From Terrimicrobiaceae bacterium (GTDB taxonomy: Bacteria; Verrucomicrobiota; Verrucomicrobiia; Chthoniobacterales; Terrimicrobiaceae): DNA of 64,000 nucleotides. Each line of letters opens with the position of its first letter. The stretch's first letter is position 1. The position numbers were made by a program, and so were the translations under genes. This document shows positions 10,008-19,792 of this stretch, piece by piece. Location of the stretch: assembly GCA_041752695.1 (NCBI GenBank), contig JBGSVZ010000038.1, forward strand, positions 128,001-192,000. Reading direction: 5' to 3'. The notes under the pieces are model-generated. The model saw only the letters and a program-made list of their open reading frames with translations. It had not been told where the DNA came from and did no database searches.

Positions 10008-10604
10008 ATGCAAACCAAAAACCTAGTCAGAAAACAAAAGGAAGTCGCATACACTTCCTCGACGAACCAAGCCGCTGCGCTCCTCGCCCTCGGCTGCAAA
10101 TTCTCCACCCTCCCCCCCAAAGAGCCGGGTGGAAAGCCTCGGGCACAAGTCGTCCGGGTTTACACCGAAAAGAGACCCCCAGGAACCACCGGGGAAGTCA
10201 CTTATTTTTTCGAAGGGAAGTCCTCCGAATACCCCCAGACAGACACCCGGGCAATTATCGGGGAATGGCACCTCGCCCGGGAAGGCCGCCACAAGTTGGA
10301 AGGTCGTGGGGACGCTGCGGAGGAATTCGAGAAGACCTTCAAGGCCCTTGCAGAGGCCATCCAGAAGCAAAACTTCAATGGAGCAAATAAGCTCCTGAGG
10401 GATCTCACCCTTTGGCTCCCGCTGGCCATTGCCGTTGCCATGCGAAACGCCCTGGAGACCCGGGACAGCCTCATGAAGGAATGGGTTTACGATCTGGAGA
10501 AACTCTCCGCCGTCGTCCTCGAAAAAGACGCAGACGGCCACCCCCTCAGTCTTCGAGGGCAGAACCTTTCCCCCGCCAAGGCCGCCCTTCTGGATAACCG
10601 CTAA
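10008..10604 (+). CDS. Phage hypothetical protein
   Basis: 198 aa ORF in the tail region. Confidence 0.7.
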   Translation: MQTKNLVRKQKEVAYTSSTNQAAALLALGCKFSTLPPKEPGGKPRAQVVRVYTEKRPPGTTGEVTYFFEGKSSEYPQTDTRAIIGEWHLAREGRHKLEGRGDAAEEFEKTFKALAEAIQKQNFNGANKLLRDLTLWLPLAIAVAMRNALETRDSLMKEWVYDLEKLSAVVLEKDADGHPLSLRGQNLSPAKAALLDNR

Positions 10605-10619
10605 AACAAAATCATCACC

Positions 10620-11159
10620 ATGAAAAACGACGAAGCATATCTCGCCCCGGAAGGGGAAGAACTCCCCAAGAATGAAGCCGCGCTCCGCCAAGGCGTTGCA
10701 GGCTTCGAATTCCAAGGCAAAGCGTTGGAGCCCTACTGCGCTGGCCGTAGGATGGCCGCTGACGCCATGGGGCTGAAGTTTGGCAAGTTCTCACCAACGG
10801 AGGCGGCTAAAATGGACGCCCTGGCAAAGTTGATGGAGGAAAATCCGGACAACGAGGAAATTGACTTCACGCCTTTTCTTTATCCTGGAGTTGTCCTCGA
10901 CGTGGCAATGGTCGTGTGCCTCTGCTCCAAGCCTCGCAGTTTCGCCATGAAGGCCATGCGCAAGCCTGACTGGGGCATGGAAGAAGTTGCCACGTGGGCG
11001 GACAAAGCGGGCCTGATCTGGCCTTCTGAGGCATTCACGGAGGGCTACAAACTCTTCATGCAGCTCATCGCAAATGTGAACGCCGGGAGCGGCAAATTCA
11101 AAGCCCAACCCAACCCGGACGGCAAGGCCCCCAAGAAGGTTGACCGCCCAAAAAACTAA
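10620..11159 (+). CDS. Tail assembly chaperone (gpG analogue)
   Basis: 179 aa ending ...PKN-stop, with slippery heptamer A AAA AAC at 11150-11156. Confidence 0.75.
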   Translation: MKNDEAYLAPEGEELPKNEAALRQGVAGFEFQGKALEPYCAGRRMAADAMGLKFGKFSPTEAAKMDALAKLMEENPDNEEIDFTPFLYPGVVLDVAMVVCLCSKPRSFAMKAMRKPDWGMEEVATWADKAGLIWPSEAFTEGYKLFMQLIANVNAGSGKFKAQPNPDGKAPKKVDRPKN

Positions 11160-11383
11160 TCCAGCCGTCGCCAACGCTGGAACTCTTCGCGGCTGCGGCG
11201 GCTGTCATCCCATCACTGACCCGCGAAGAGATGCTGTGGGAGATCCCTTACTGGGAACTCCTTCAACTCGAAGTGATTTACGCCCGTAGAAACCGCGTGG
11301 ATTGCATCCAGGCGACCCCCCAACATAAACGAAAATCATCCCTCTGGGAGAAACTCCAAGCCCTACGAAAAACAAATGGCTGA
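11156..11383 (+). CDS. -1 frameshift extension of the tail chaperone (gpT analogue)
   Basis: 75 open codons in the -1 frame (LIQPSPTLELF...LTREEMLWEIPYWEL...RKTNG); fills the gap to the next gene; absent from the ORF track. Confidence 0.75.
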   Translation, partial: LIQPSPTLELFAAAAAVIPSLTREEMLWEIPYWELLQLEVIYARRNRVDCIQATPQHKRKSSLWEKLQALRKTNG

Positions 11384-11933
11384 TTCTGGTCTAGTCCTAG
11401 ATACCGCCTCGTTTTCGCGTTCGATTTCGTCTTATATCACGCTGTCGCAGCGGGACGCGGCGAACGAGCTGAATCGCCGTATGCGGCAGGTTATAAGCAT
11501 TGCCATCCGGTTCACAAAAGAGGCGGACAAAGGCAAAATCCGGTCCTACATGAAAGGCACCGGCCGGGACGGCATGCCGGGGGCGTTGATGTATCGCCTT
11601 GTGCCTGGAAAGGGCCTCACGAGGGCGGAGAGAGCGAAGAAAGCCCGTGGGCTCTTGGGGCGGGCACTTTCCTCTGTTGCCTATATCAAACGAGGCTACG
11701 CAAAAGGCTTGGGGGCTTTTGGTGGCAAGCAAGCAAAGCTCAAATCTGGAAAATCGGCGGAGAAAGGCTGGGGCAAAAAGGCGTCCTACCGGCGTCTTGT
11801 GGCGGAGTTCGCAAACATGTCCTTCGGGGCGGACGAAATCTCTGGGCCGGTCCTACAGGCTGCAATCGACGAGGTAACGGACGACATGCTCGATTACATC
11901 TTCGATAAGCTGTCGAAGAACTGGGCACGTTGA
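11376..11933 (+). CDS. Basic virion morphogenesis protein (HK97 gp10-like / tail completion)
   Basis: 185 aa Lys/Arg-rich helical protein; family assignment is an inference. Confidence 0.5.
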   Translation: MADSGLVLDTASFSRSISSYITLSQRDAANELNRRMRQVISIAIRFTKEADKGKIRSYMKGTGRDGMPGALMYRLVPGKGLTRAERAKKARGLLGRALSSVAYIKRGYAKGLGAFGGKQAKLKSGKSAEKGWGKKASYRRLVAEFANMSFGADEISGPVLQAAIDEVTDDMLDYIFDKLSKNWAR

Positions 11934-11949
11934 CTGACCACGCAAAACG

Positions 11950-14052
11950 ATGGCTAAAACAAAAGAGCTTAGGGGAAAACTGACCCTCGACATTTCGAGC
12001 TTCCGCAACTCCCTGCGGAGTGCGATGTCTATCGTCGCGGCAAACGCCACGGCGGCCCGGAGCGTTTTCCGCGGGGCGTTTGTGATTCCCGCCTCGGTCA
12101 TCTCTGCACCATTCCGCACGGCTTTTGCTGGCGTCACAGGGATGGCCCGGACAGCCGCGTCCCAGGTCAAAGGGATCATGGGAGCCGTGGGCATCGCCGG
12201 TCTGATCGGGGGAGCCATCGGAGGGGCGGTATCGCTTGGGGGGAGTATAGGAGCTGCGGCAAACTTTGAGACCGCCGGCCTACAATTCGAGACACTACTA
12301 GGATCTGCGCAGGCCGCCCAAAAGCGTCTCGCCGAGTTAGCAAAATTTGGGGCAGAAACCCCGTTTGACCTTCCGGAGGTACTGGCATCCTCGAAGGTCC
12401 TTCAAGTCTTCACAAAAGGCGTACTAGCCTCGGGAAAAGGCCTCACGCTGGTTGGCGATATTGCGGCTGGCACAAACCAACCCTTCCAGGACGTAGCCTT
12501 CTGGGTTGGCCGCATGTATGACGCCTTGAGTAGTGGCCGCCCCGCTGGAGAGGCATTCTTCCGCCTACAAGAGATGGGGGCAATCTCCGGGGATCTACGC
12601 TCCAAGCTGGAGAAAATGGCCGAGGGAGGCGCAACCGACAAAATGCAAGGGAAACTCAAATCCCTGGCAGAAACGGCCGCGTCTGGCGGGAAAGACATCC
12701 AAGAACTGGAAGATAAACTTACCTACCTCCAACAGAGCTTGGACGGGGCCTCTGTGAAGCAACAGAGCGGCATTGAACGGCAAGTTGCTCAACTCCAAGA
12801 CAAGATCGCCTCGAAGAGAGGGGACTTCACGCGGACAACAGAGGAAATCAACAAACTGCAAACCAGTATGCAGGGGGCAGGCGGAAATGCTGGCAGAATT
12901 TGGGAAGAATTCACCAAAGGCACCTCGCAATTCTCCGGCGGAATGAAGAAGCTTTCGGGCTCTTTTTCGGGCCTGATGTCAAACTTCCGAGACACCTTCG
13001 GAGCCATCCAGCGGGCGTTTGGGTTCCCGATTATCGACGCCCTGAAGCCTGTCATTGCGTGGGCAATCGCGAACCTTTCCACGCTAGAAGGGCACGCCCG
13101 AAACCTCGGGACCCAGATTGGTGCGTTCATCACGGGCGTTTTTGAGTCGGCCAAGGAAGGGAACCTTGCGCAGTTTTTGTTCGGGGAGGAATGGGGAGCA
13201 AAGCTCAACGCGGCGATTGAAGGAGTAAAGGAATTTTTCACCCTGCTGCAAAGCGGGGAAGGCATCCAAAAGCTTTTCGAAGGAGCCAAAGAAGCCATGA
13301 AAACGGCTGGAGATTATTTCATCGGCGGGATCAAGACCGGCTTGGACATCCTCGGGACAACCCTTGCTACGCTGTTTTCTGGCGACACCTGGAGCGGTTT
13401 TGCAAACACCCTTGTGGGAGCTGCGCAAATCTTTGGAGGAGCCCTCTTGGAGGCTTTTCAGGATCCTGTCATCTACTTTCAAACAGCCATCGAGCACGCT
13501 GTAAACCAAGCTGTCGTAGCGATCTCTAAAATCTACGATTACATGAGCGCCGCCCCTCGGGCAGTGGCTTCCGTGGCAACCCTCGGCCTTGCGAATATCC
13601 CCAAGCCCAGCGAGGTCATAAAGGGACAACTCCCAGGCATGTTCGAAAACGCTGAAAAGAGTTTCGATGACATCCTCACGGAACGAAAAGCGGCCGGCGG
13701 AACGTTCCTTGGTTACAACCCTCAAGAGCTGCGGAACATAGGTACAAGTACCTTAGGCCGGGGCGGAGAAACCCTCGCGGCTGTAGGCTCAAATCTCTCA
13801 CAAGAGGTCATGAAAAATGTCCAGGAATACGCCCCAGCGACTTACTTTCGGGAAATGCCACGCGTCGAGAAACGCTGGACGGCGGAGGAAATGTCAGCAG
13901 ACCTGGACTCCCGGGCGCAGGCAACCGACGACAAGGCGCTTATGGATCAACTGCAGTCCTTGAAAATCATGGAGGGCGAAATGTTGAACCAGTCGGAACA
14001 AATCAGTCTGATCCTCAAAGCCGTCGAACTCGGGCTGACAACCTCCTCATAA
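11950..14052 (+). CDS. Tail tape measure protein
   Basis: 700 aa Ala/Gly-rich and helical; FETLLGSA..A...L..L.KFGAETPFDL tape-measure motif. Confidence 0.92.
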   Translation: MAKTKELRGKLTLDISSFRNSLRSAMSIVAANATAARSVFRGAFVIPASVISAPFRTAFAGVTGMARTAASQVKGIMGAVGIAGLIGGAIGGAVSLGGSIGAAANFETAGLQFETLLGSAQAAQKRLAELAKFGAETPFDLPEVLASSKVLQVFTKGVLASGKGLTLVGDIAAGTNQPFQDVAFWVGRMYDALSSGRPAGEAFFRLQEMGAISGDLRSKLEKMAEGGATDKMQGKLKSLAETAASGGKDIQELEDKLTYLQQSLDGASVKQQSGIERQVAQLQDKIASKRGDFTRTTEEINKLQTSMQGAGGNAGRIWEEFTKGTSQFSGGMKKLSGSFSGLMSNFRDTFGAIQRAFGFPIIDALKPVIAWAIANLSTLEGHARNLGTQIGAFITGVFESAKEGNLAQFLFGEEWGAKLNAAIEGVKEFFTLLQSGEGIQKLFEGAKEAMKTAGDYFIGGIKTGLDILGTTLATLFSGDTWSGFANTLVGAAQIFGGALLEAFQDPVIYFQTAIEHAVNQAVVAISKIYDYMSAAPRAVASVATLGLANIPKPSEVIKGQLPGMFENAEKSFDDILTERKAAGGTFLGYNPQELRNIGTSTLGRGGETLAAVGSNLSQEVMKNVQEYAPATYFREMPRVEKRWTAEEMSADLDSRAQATDDKALMDQLQSLKIMEGEMLNQSEQISLILKAVELGLTTSS

Positions 14053-14053
14053 C

Positions 14054-14941
14054 ATGGCAATCGACATAGACACTATCGTGAGGCAGGGAGATCTGGCCTG
14101 GGGGGAACTCCCGGGGCGCAAGGGCTCTTGGTACGACGCGGACGGCCTCAAAAATATCGAGACATCCTACTCATGCAGGGAGGATGAAATCGAAATTTCC
14201 ATCCCCGCCATTGGCGACGAACACCCCGACGACCCCACGCTGTTTGTGGTGGACGTCATCCCCGTCTATGGCCCCGGGGGGCAGACGGAAACCAGGATCA
14301 TCTACAAAGGCGGGGCGGCAAATGAGGATGGAATCATCCTGCGGCCCGGTGTGGCGGTCCCGATTCGTGCGGGCAATTCCACCACCAAAACGCTGACCGT
14401 AAAAGGGATCCAGAAATGGAAGAGCCCGCCCCCTATGATTTCGATCACAGGCGAGGTAGAAACTTCCTTCAACATCCGTTTTAGGGGCGATTCCGTGTCC
14501 TACAAATATGGTAGAACTGGCTTCTCGTTCGTTCGTGCCTGGGAGGCTCTTGCGGAGACGGATTTGCCCCTGGAAGTCGTTATCATCTCGAAAAGCCCTT
14601 CCGAGTCCGTCGACAGCATCCTGCGGACAAATGCGAAGATCGTTACCCAGAAAAAAGAGAACCCAAGTTCCCTTGGGACTTTCATTTATATCCACATCGC
14701 CCCGGACGGGACGGAGTACGTTTCGAGTGGCATCGGAGACCCCGAGGACTACGCCGGCTGGATCATCCGAGACGAGGTCATCAGGTACGGGATTGATGAT
14801 GGTTTCACTTTGGAAACTATCGAAATGCAGCGGATTTCCTCGCTGCAAACGGACGAACTTTGCCCCGGGCTCTATCGGATCTCGGAGACTTGGGAAATTG
14901 AAGGCGTCCCTGATGACGGAATCGTTGAGGAGGAAGAATGA
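14054..14941 (+). CDS. Putative tail tip/hub protein
   Basis: 295 aa acidic ORF 1 nt after the tape measure gene. Confidence 0.55.
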   Translation: MAIDIDTIVRQGDLAWGELPGRKGSWYDADGLKNIETSYSCREDEIEISIPAIGDEHPDDPTLFVVDVIPVYGPGGQTETRIIYKGGAANEDGIILRPGVAVPIRAGNSTTKTLTVKGIQKWKSPPPMISITGEVETSFNIRFRGDSVSYKYGRTGFSFVRAWEALAETDLPLEVVIISKSPSESVDSILRTNAKIVTQKKENPSSLGTFIYIHIAPDGTEYVSSGIGDPEDYAGWIIRDEVIRYGIDDGFTLETIEMQRISSLQTDELCPGLYRISETWEIEGVPDDGIVEEEE

Positions 14942-15315
14942 AATTTGACCTGAAAGAACTGGTTCGCCTCCCGGCTTTCCTCTCGCCTGTCATGGCGAAA
15001 TTCAACCAAGTCGTGCGGGCCGTCCGCTGGCTTCTGGCTGTCCAAGATTCAGAGTTCATTTTCATACGTAGGGACTCTACGGGCTGGGCCGTAGAGTTGA
15101 AAATGGACAAGGTCGCCACGGCTGTAGGTGTGCCCGGGGCTGTCGAAGAGGCGTCCTCCGGGGGGACATCATTGCCTGCCGAAATCCAACCTCGCCTGAT
15201 TCGTTTCTGTAACACAGTGGATGGACAAAAATATTACATGTGGGTCCTCGGTTGGGAACCAACTCTTGCCTCTCTGGGCGAACCAGACGCCCAGGTGTGG
15301 CCTCCATCCGTATGA
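14938..15315 (+). CDS. Phage tail-region hypothetical protein
   Basis: 125 aa, ATGA-coupled on both sides. Confidence 0.65.
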   Translation: MKFDLKELVRLPAFLSPVMAKFNQVVRAVRWLLAVQDSEFIFIRRDSTGWAVELKMDKVATAVGVPGAVEEASSGGTSLPAEIQPRLIRFCNTVDGQKYYMWVLGWEPTLASLGEPDAQVWPPSV

Positions 15316-15881
15316 ATGACCTAGATCAATATTGCGGGGACTGCGAAGATACAGGGACTTGCCTAGAGAAGATACCTACAGGCGCCGACGCGGTCGTTTT
15401 AGGGGAATGGGCAAGCACGAATAACCGCTGCTATTTCGCAATCAACGGGGCGGCCCAAATCCCGAACACGGCAGGCTCTGCTTTAATGTATTGTCGTTTG
15501 AGTATCTATAGCAGGGACACCCCGGGGATCGGAGGGACACCCGTCGCGGCTCCTGTAGATCTGACATTTTCGGTGTTCCCTTCGACATACCCTTACGCTC
15601 CGCCATTTGGTCCACCTTTTGGTTGGCCAGCGGAAGGTTACGAATGCCCGGACACGTGGGAGTACCCAAAGATGACAACAACTCTCCTCGCTGGAGAAAC
15701 AGACCTCGTGACCTGGATGGCTGTCCCTTGGGTCCGGGCGTCGGACTTACCATTTTTGCCTTTTCCGAAAGAGGCTACCTACGCCCCACAAGGGCGTTGG
15801 GCTCTGGAGGTTTACAAAGACCCCACCGCAGCGAGTGGCCACTTTACGTGTTTATGCGATTTCTGGCTGGATACTTTCTGA
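15312..15881 (+). CDS. Phage tail-region hypothetical protein, Cys/Pro-rich
   Basis: ATG at 15312 overlaps the previous stop; 189 aa. Confidence 0.65.
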   Translation: MNDLDQYCGDCEDTGTCLEKIPTGADAVVLGEWASTNNRCYFAINGAAQIPNTAGSALMYCRLSIYSRDTPGIGGTPVAAPVDLTFSVFPSTYPYAPPFGPPFGWPAEGYECPDTWEYPKMTTTLLAGETDLVTWMAVPWVRASDLPFLPFPKEATYAPQGRWALEVYKDPTAASGHFTCLCDFWLDTF

Positions 15882-16216
15882 CTTGGGCTCAACTGGAGAA
15901 GTTCTCGGAGACCCAAAGGCAGGCATTCTCCAAAGTAGGAGAGCAAGTCCCCGGCGGGCTCAAAGTCACCCCCAAAGATTACCACCGAATCAAAGGCCGG
16001 AACCCGCTGGTTTCCGCCACCCAGGCCGCCGTGAACTGGGCCGCCTCGGGATTTGCCGTTGTTTCGCCGGAAGAGGCCGCCAAGCGCCTTGCAACGTGTG
16101 AGAGGTGCGAACACTGGGGCGCGGGCGTCCTTGGCGTCATGCGCTGCGGCCTCTGCAAATGCACGCGGCTAAAGCACCAGCTCGCAACAGAGCGGTGTCC
16201 GGCTGGTAAGTGGTAG
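15854..16216 (+). CDS. Cys-rich small protein (DUF6171-like, probable metal-binding)
   Basis: R...CERC...RCGLCKC...K......CPAGKW C-terminal pattern. Confidence 0.7.
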   Translation: MRFLAGYFLTWAQLEKFSETQRQAFSKVGEQVPGGLKVTPKDYHRIKGRNPLVSATQAAVNWAASGFAVVSPEEAAKRLATCERCEHWGAGVLGVMRCGLCKCTRLKHQLATERCPAGKW

Positions 16217-16237
16217 ATTTGACGCAGGGGCTTCACC

Positions 16238-17566
16238 GTGGATTTCCTTTTCTCAAAATCAACGCGCAGCCTCCTCATGCGGACAGGGTCTTTTGACCGT
16301 GTCCAGGCTCAAAACCACAAGTCCCGAGACAAGATCCCGGTTCGGATTTTCGTCTGCGAAACAAACGTCGTGGTTGTCCCCACGGCAGGCGATACCGTGA
16401 TTATCAAAATCAATCTCCCCGGGGAGACGGAGTCTCTGGCACTCCTCACGACTACAACCATCACCACGGCGGGAGGGCTCTCATATTTCTCGGGAACGTT
16501 GAACCTCAACACCCCCGAAATCGTCGCGATCATGGAGGCTTTTCAAGAGGCTCCGATCTCCATTGAGTTTGAGCTGAGAGGTCCCGGAAATCCGCCGGCC
16601 TACTGCTATTCGAGCGTTGAGCCTGTCAAAGGCACCCTCTATCGTGCCAACATTACAGGCAACGAGGGCGTCCCCACAGAGGCGGAACCGCCTTACCCTG
16701 CGGCCTCCACGCTGGCTCTCAAAAGCGATATTGAGGATTTGCAGGATCAAATCGACGCCCTCGAAACTGTCACCCAAGAGGAGCTGGACGCGGCCCTTGC
16801 CTTGAAGGCGGACCTCGTGGGTGGCCTCGTTCCCGCTGTCCAGCTCCCCTCTTACGTTGATGACGTTCTCGAATTTGCCTCGGAACTTTTCTTCCCCGAG
16901 GTGGGGGAAACTCAGAAGATTTATGTCTCACTGGACACCAACAAAGTTTACCGCTGGGGCGGCTCAATTTACATCGAATTGGTGGCCTCTCCGGGCTCTA
17001 CAGACGCAGTCCCCGAAGGGGCGGTAAACCTCTATTTCACGGAAACCCGCGTGTTAGAGGCAATGCTGTTTCACACCTTCGCGATCAACCCCCATAACAC
17101 CGACCCCGAATCTATAGGGCTGGGAAATGTCGATAACACCTCGGATCTCAACAAAGCCATTTCGACGGCTACACAGGCTGCGCTGGACACCAAAGTGACC
17201 GGCCCGCTCCCGTGTGAGCTGGTAATTGCTTGCTCTGACGAAACCACCCCACTCGAAGCCGGGGCCGGGAAGGTAACCTTCCGCATGCCCTACGCCATGA
17301 CCTTGACGGCTGTCCGGGCCTCGCTGACCACGGCCCAAGCGTCGGGCAGCATCCTGACCGTGGACATCAACGAGGCTGGCGTTTCCGTCCTCTCGACAAA
17401 GCTCACCGTGGACAACACCGAAAAGACCTCCACGACGGCCGCAGCTCCCGCTGTCATCAGCGACGCGGCATTGGCAGACGACGCGGAAATCACGATTGAC
17501 CTGGATCAAATCGGGAACGGAACGGCCACAGGTCTGAAGGTTACTTTGAAAGGTACCCGGGTATGA
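16238..17566 (+). CDS. Tail fibre / baseplate-anchored fibre protein
   Basis: VPAVQLPSYVDDV, KIYV..DTNKVYRWGG and GLGNVDNTSD modules common in fibres; GTG start. Confidence 0.75.
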   Translation: MDFLFSKSTRSLLMRTGSFDRVQAQNHKSRDKIPVRIFVCETNVVVVPTAGDTVIIKINLPGETESLALLTTTTITTAGGLSYFSGTLNLNTPEIVAIMEAFQEAPISIEFELRGPGNPPAYCYSSVEPVKGTLYRANITGNEGVPTEAEPPYPAASTLALKSDIEDLQDQIDALETVTQEELDAALALKADLVGGLVPAVQLPSYVDDVLEFASELFFPEVGETQKIYVSLDTNKVYRWGGSIYIELVASPGSTDAVPEGAVNLYFTETRVLEAMLFHTFAINPHNTDPESIGLGNVDNTSDLNKAISTATQAALDTKVTGPLPCELVIACSDETTPLEAGAGKVTFRMPYAMTLTAVRASLTTAQASGSILTVDINEAGVSVLSTKLTVDNTEKTSTTAAAPAVISDAALADDAEITIDLDQIGNGTATGLKVTLKGTRV

Positions 17567-18126
17567 TGATCATCAATCCTTATGCTTTCGGGGGACCGCC
17601 CGTGAATGAGTTTTTCGAAGACGATACCGTGACCAAAGGCGCTTGGATGGCCAGCGACATGGGGGGTGCTGGTTACAACTTCCCCTTGGGAACAAATCGC
17701 GAGGGCATCAAATCCATGCCCGCTTGGATTACCGGATTTTCCATTTCTGGGGGGGTATCTTTTGGTGGCGGTGGGAGTTATTCTAGCCTCTACGAAATCG
17801 ACAACCCGCTTGGGGGGTACACGGATTATGTCGTTTACAATGCGAACGGAGGACAGCGGACGGTCTCATTTACAGTCGATCCCGGGAGGCAGGCAATTTT
17901 TTCAATCTGCATTCCCAACGCGACTTCTACGCGATCTATCAACCTCAAACTGAAAGACGGAGCGACAAATGCTGACCTCACGGCAGAGCGTTCTTATGTC
18001 CAAAACACGGGCGGTGTGGGGACCGGAGCGGGCATCTGGAGTCGCTGGAAAGTGAAAGGTTTTGTGAAAGTAAATATACGCCACGCAGGGGACAATTCGT
18101 ACTGGGCAGGCATGCTCTTTGATTGA
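17563..18126 (+). CDS. Fibre-associated protein, possible receptor-binding module
   Basis: MIINPYAF N-terminus, Gly/Ser/Thr-rich beta protein, ATGA-coupled to the fibre gene. Confidence 0.6.
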   Translation: MMIINPYAFGGPPVNEFFEDDTVTKGAWMASDMGGAGYNFPLGTNREGIKSMPAWITGFSISGGVSFGGGGSYSSLYEIDNPLGGYTDYVVYNANGGQRTVSFTVDPGRQAIFSICIPNATSTRSINLKLKDGATNADLTAERSYVQNTGGVGTGAGIWSRWKVKGFVKVNIRHAGDNSYWAGMLFD

Positions 18127-18504
18127 TCACCGCAAGGGCGGCGGCCCTTGGTGGTAGATGTGTTGGACTACCACCTTCTGACCGCCCGTGCAGGCCCAAA
18201 TTAGGCAGGCAAACCACCCCACGAGAGTCCACCCGGCCAAAAGGTTCACGAGGAAAATTCCGGTGTAATTTGGGGAGTCCTTGAACCCCGCGATCATCGC
18301 AGGACAAAAATAGATGAACGCCGGAACGATAGACCAAATCACCCCCAAAACCACCGCCCCAAAAACTCCCAAGATGACATCAAAAGGCGACGGGGTTTCC
18401 CACGTCCTGGTTGCGGTATCGCTGAGGGCGAAGAGTGCGAAAAGCACACCGAAAAACAACGACGCCCCTACCGCAGGGCCAAAAGATTTGATCAGTTTTT
18501 CCAC
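18127..18504 (-). CDS. Superinfection immunity protein (T4 Imm-like), membrane
   Basis: YFCPAMIA...IFLVNLLAGWTLVGWFACLIWA matches the Imm pattern; GTG at 18504 chosen from the promoter position, so the start is uncertain. Confidence 0.8.
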   Translation of the reverse strand: MEKLIKSFGPAVGASLFFGVLFALFALSDTATRTWETPSPFDVILGVFGAVVLGVIWSIVPAFIYFCPAMIAGFKDSPNYTGIFLVNLLAGWTLVGWFACLIWACTGGQKVVVQHIYHQGPPPLR

Positions 18505-18566
18505 GCAATGGAGTATGACGGGGGCTTCCCCAGGGGCAATCCTTTTTGACGCTGGCTCTGAAAGCA

Positions 18567-19007
18567 ATGGATCCTCTCATACGCGATCAAATCAAAGAGC
18601 TGCAAGACTCGGACAACCCCCAAGACCGCGCACAGGCCACGATTCTCGAAGTCCTCGTGCAGGTTCGCGAGCAAACCACAAAGACGAATGGGCGGGTAAA
18701 CGCCCTGGAATCGAAGATGCTGGCCATCGGAACTGGGTGCCCCGGAAAATGCGTCGAGCTGGAAACCCGCCTTGCGGCCTTAGAAACTCCCGCCAAGAAG
18801 ATCTCCCTCCTTTGGGGGGTCGCCGGTTCGGCCCTCTCCGGGGCTGTAATCGTGCTGGGTCTCGTGTTTACTTTCCTCGCAACACCTATGGCTGACAGGA
18901 TGCTAACGAGCAAGGAAGATGCCGTCGCCGTTGCCGTCGAAAAAGCGGTTGAGGATAAACTGAAATCCCTGCAAGGGCCGACCCCGGCTCCCTCGAAGAG
19001 AAATTGA
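18567..19007 (+). CDS. Membrane protein with coiled coil and one TM helix (lysis-region, holin-associated type)
   Basis: QTTKTNGRV..LE coiled-coil motif followed by a hydrophobic helix. Confidence 0.65.
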   Translation: MDPLIRDQIKELQDSDNPQDRAQATILEVLVQVREQTTKTNGRVNALESKMLAIGTGCPGKCVELETRLAALETPAKKISLLWGVAGSALSGAVIVLGLVFTFLATPMADRMLTSKEDAVAVAVEKAVEDKLKSLQGPTPAPSKRN

Positions 19008-19023
19008 CACCCGGAGGATGGTT

Positions 19024-19314
19024 ATGAAATTCACCGCACTCCTCCTCGCCCTTGTCATCACTCTCTTTTTCCCCGCCTGCGCTTCGGGGCCTGACCGGAC
19101 TCCCGAAAAACAAGAGACCCGTGCGGCCGTAGCGGTCGCCGGAAAAGTCGTGGGGACTCCCATTGTTTTCACGGCTGGCGTCATCACGTGGCCCGTGGGG
19201 CTGGTCGGGGCCGTGGCCGCTGTCGGGCAAGGCGAACCCGAGTACATCGCTGCGGGCCTCGGGTGGCCTTTCCTCTGGACTTACCTTTATTGGGTAGATC
19301 CTTTTTCTTACTGA
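19024..19314 (+). CDS. Putative lipoprotein/membrane protein
   Basis: Signal peptide ending FPAC and a hydrophobic C-terminal half. Confidence 0.6.
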   Translation: MKFTALLLALVITLFFPACASGPDRTPEKQETRAAVAVAGKVVGTPIVFTAGVITWPVGLVGAVAAVGQGEPEYIAAGLGWPFLWTYLYWVDPFSY

Positions 19315-19335
19315 CTCAACTCCCGCAATTGCGGT

Positions 19336-19364
19336 GGGGCGATCCGAAAGGGTCGCCCCTTTTT
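19336..19364 (+). terminator. Rho-independent terminator between convergent genes
   Basis: GGGGCGATCC-GAAA-GGGTCGCCCC followed by a T run. Confidence 0.85.
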
Positions 19365-19366
19365 CG

Positions 19367-19792
19367 TTAGATCCCGGGCGGCAGAGCTGACAGCCGGCCG
19401 GTTTGAGTCCGCTCAATCGGAGACTCTTTTTTGAGCTGAGAAACGAGCTTCCGGCGGCCTTCAAATTTGAGCCCTGCAAGTTTCGTATCCCTCTCAACCA
19501 TAGAGGAGTGCTGCCAAATATACCGCACCCGCTCGTCCCCAAAAGGCGGAGAGAAACGATCATCGTCCTCGAACTTTCGAGACATCTCCTCGGCCTGGAG
19601 CTTCCCAAGTTTCCCGCTCTTTGCGGCCTTCACAGTTTTTGCGATCTCTTTCGCGATCTCCTCGGCCTGCGCGATCTTCTGCGCGAGAGGCATTTCGTCG
19701 CCCTGCTCTTGGATGCTCTGGACTATCCCGTCCAGGAATGAGTTGAGAGCCGTCGTCCCGTAAAATTCCGCGTCTTCTTTCGATAAAGTCAT
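19367..19792 (-). CDS. Hypothetical protein, reverse-strand moron
   Basis: 141 aa from ATG at 19792; upstream TTGCCC-N17-TAGGAG-N7-ATG. Confidence 0.65.
   Translation of the reverse strand: MTLSKEDAEFYGTTALNSFLDGIVQSIQEQGDEMPLAQKIAQAEEIAKEIAKTVKAAKSGKLGKLQAEEMSRKFEDDDRFSPPFGDERVRYIWQHSSMVERDTKLAGLKFEGRRKLVSQLKKESPIERTQTGRLSALPPGI

Noticed and set aside
16238..18126. Diversity-generating retroelement or invertible fibre cassette
   Set aside because: No reverse transcriptase, invertase or template/variable repeat pair seen in the window
18314..18895. 193-aa plus-strand ORF
   Set aside because: It overlaps the Imm-like gene antisense and the 18567 gene out of frame
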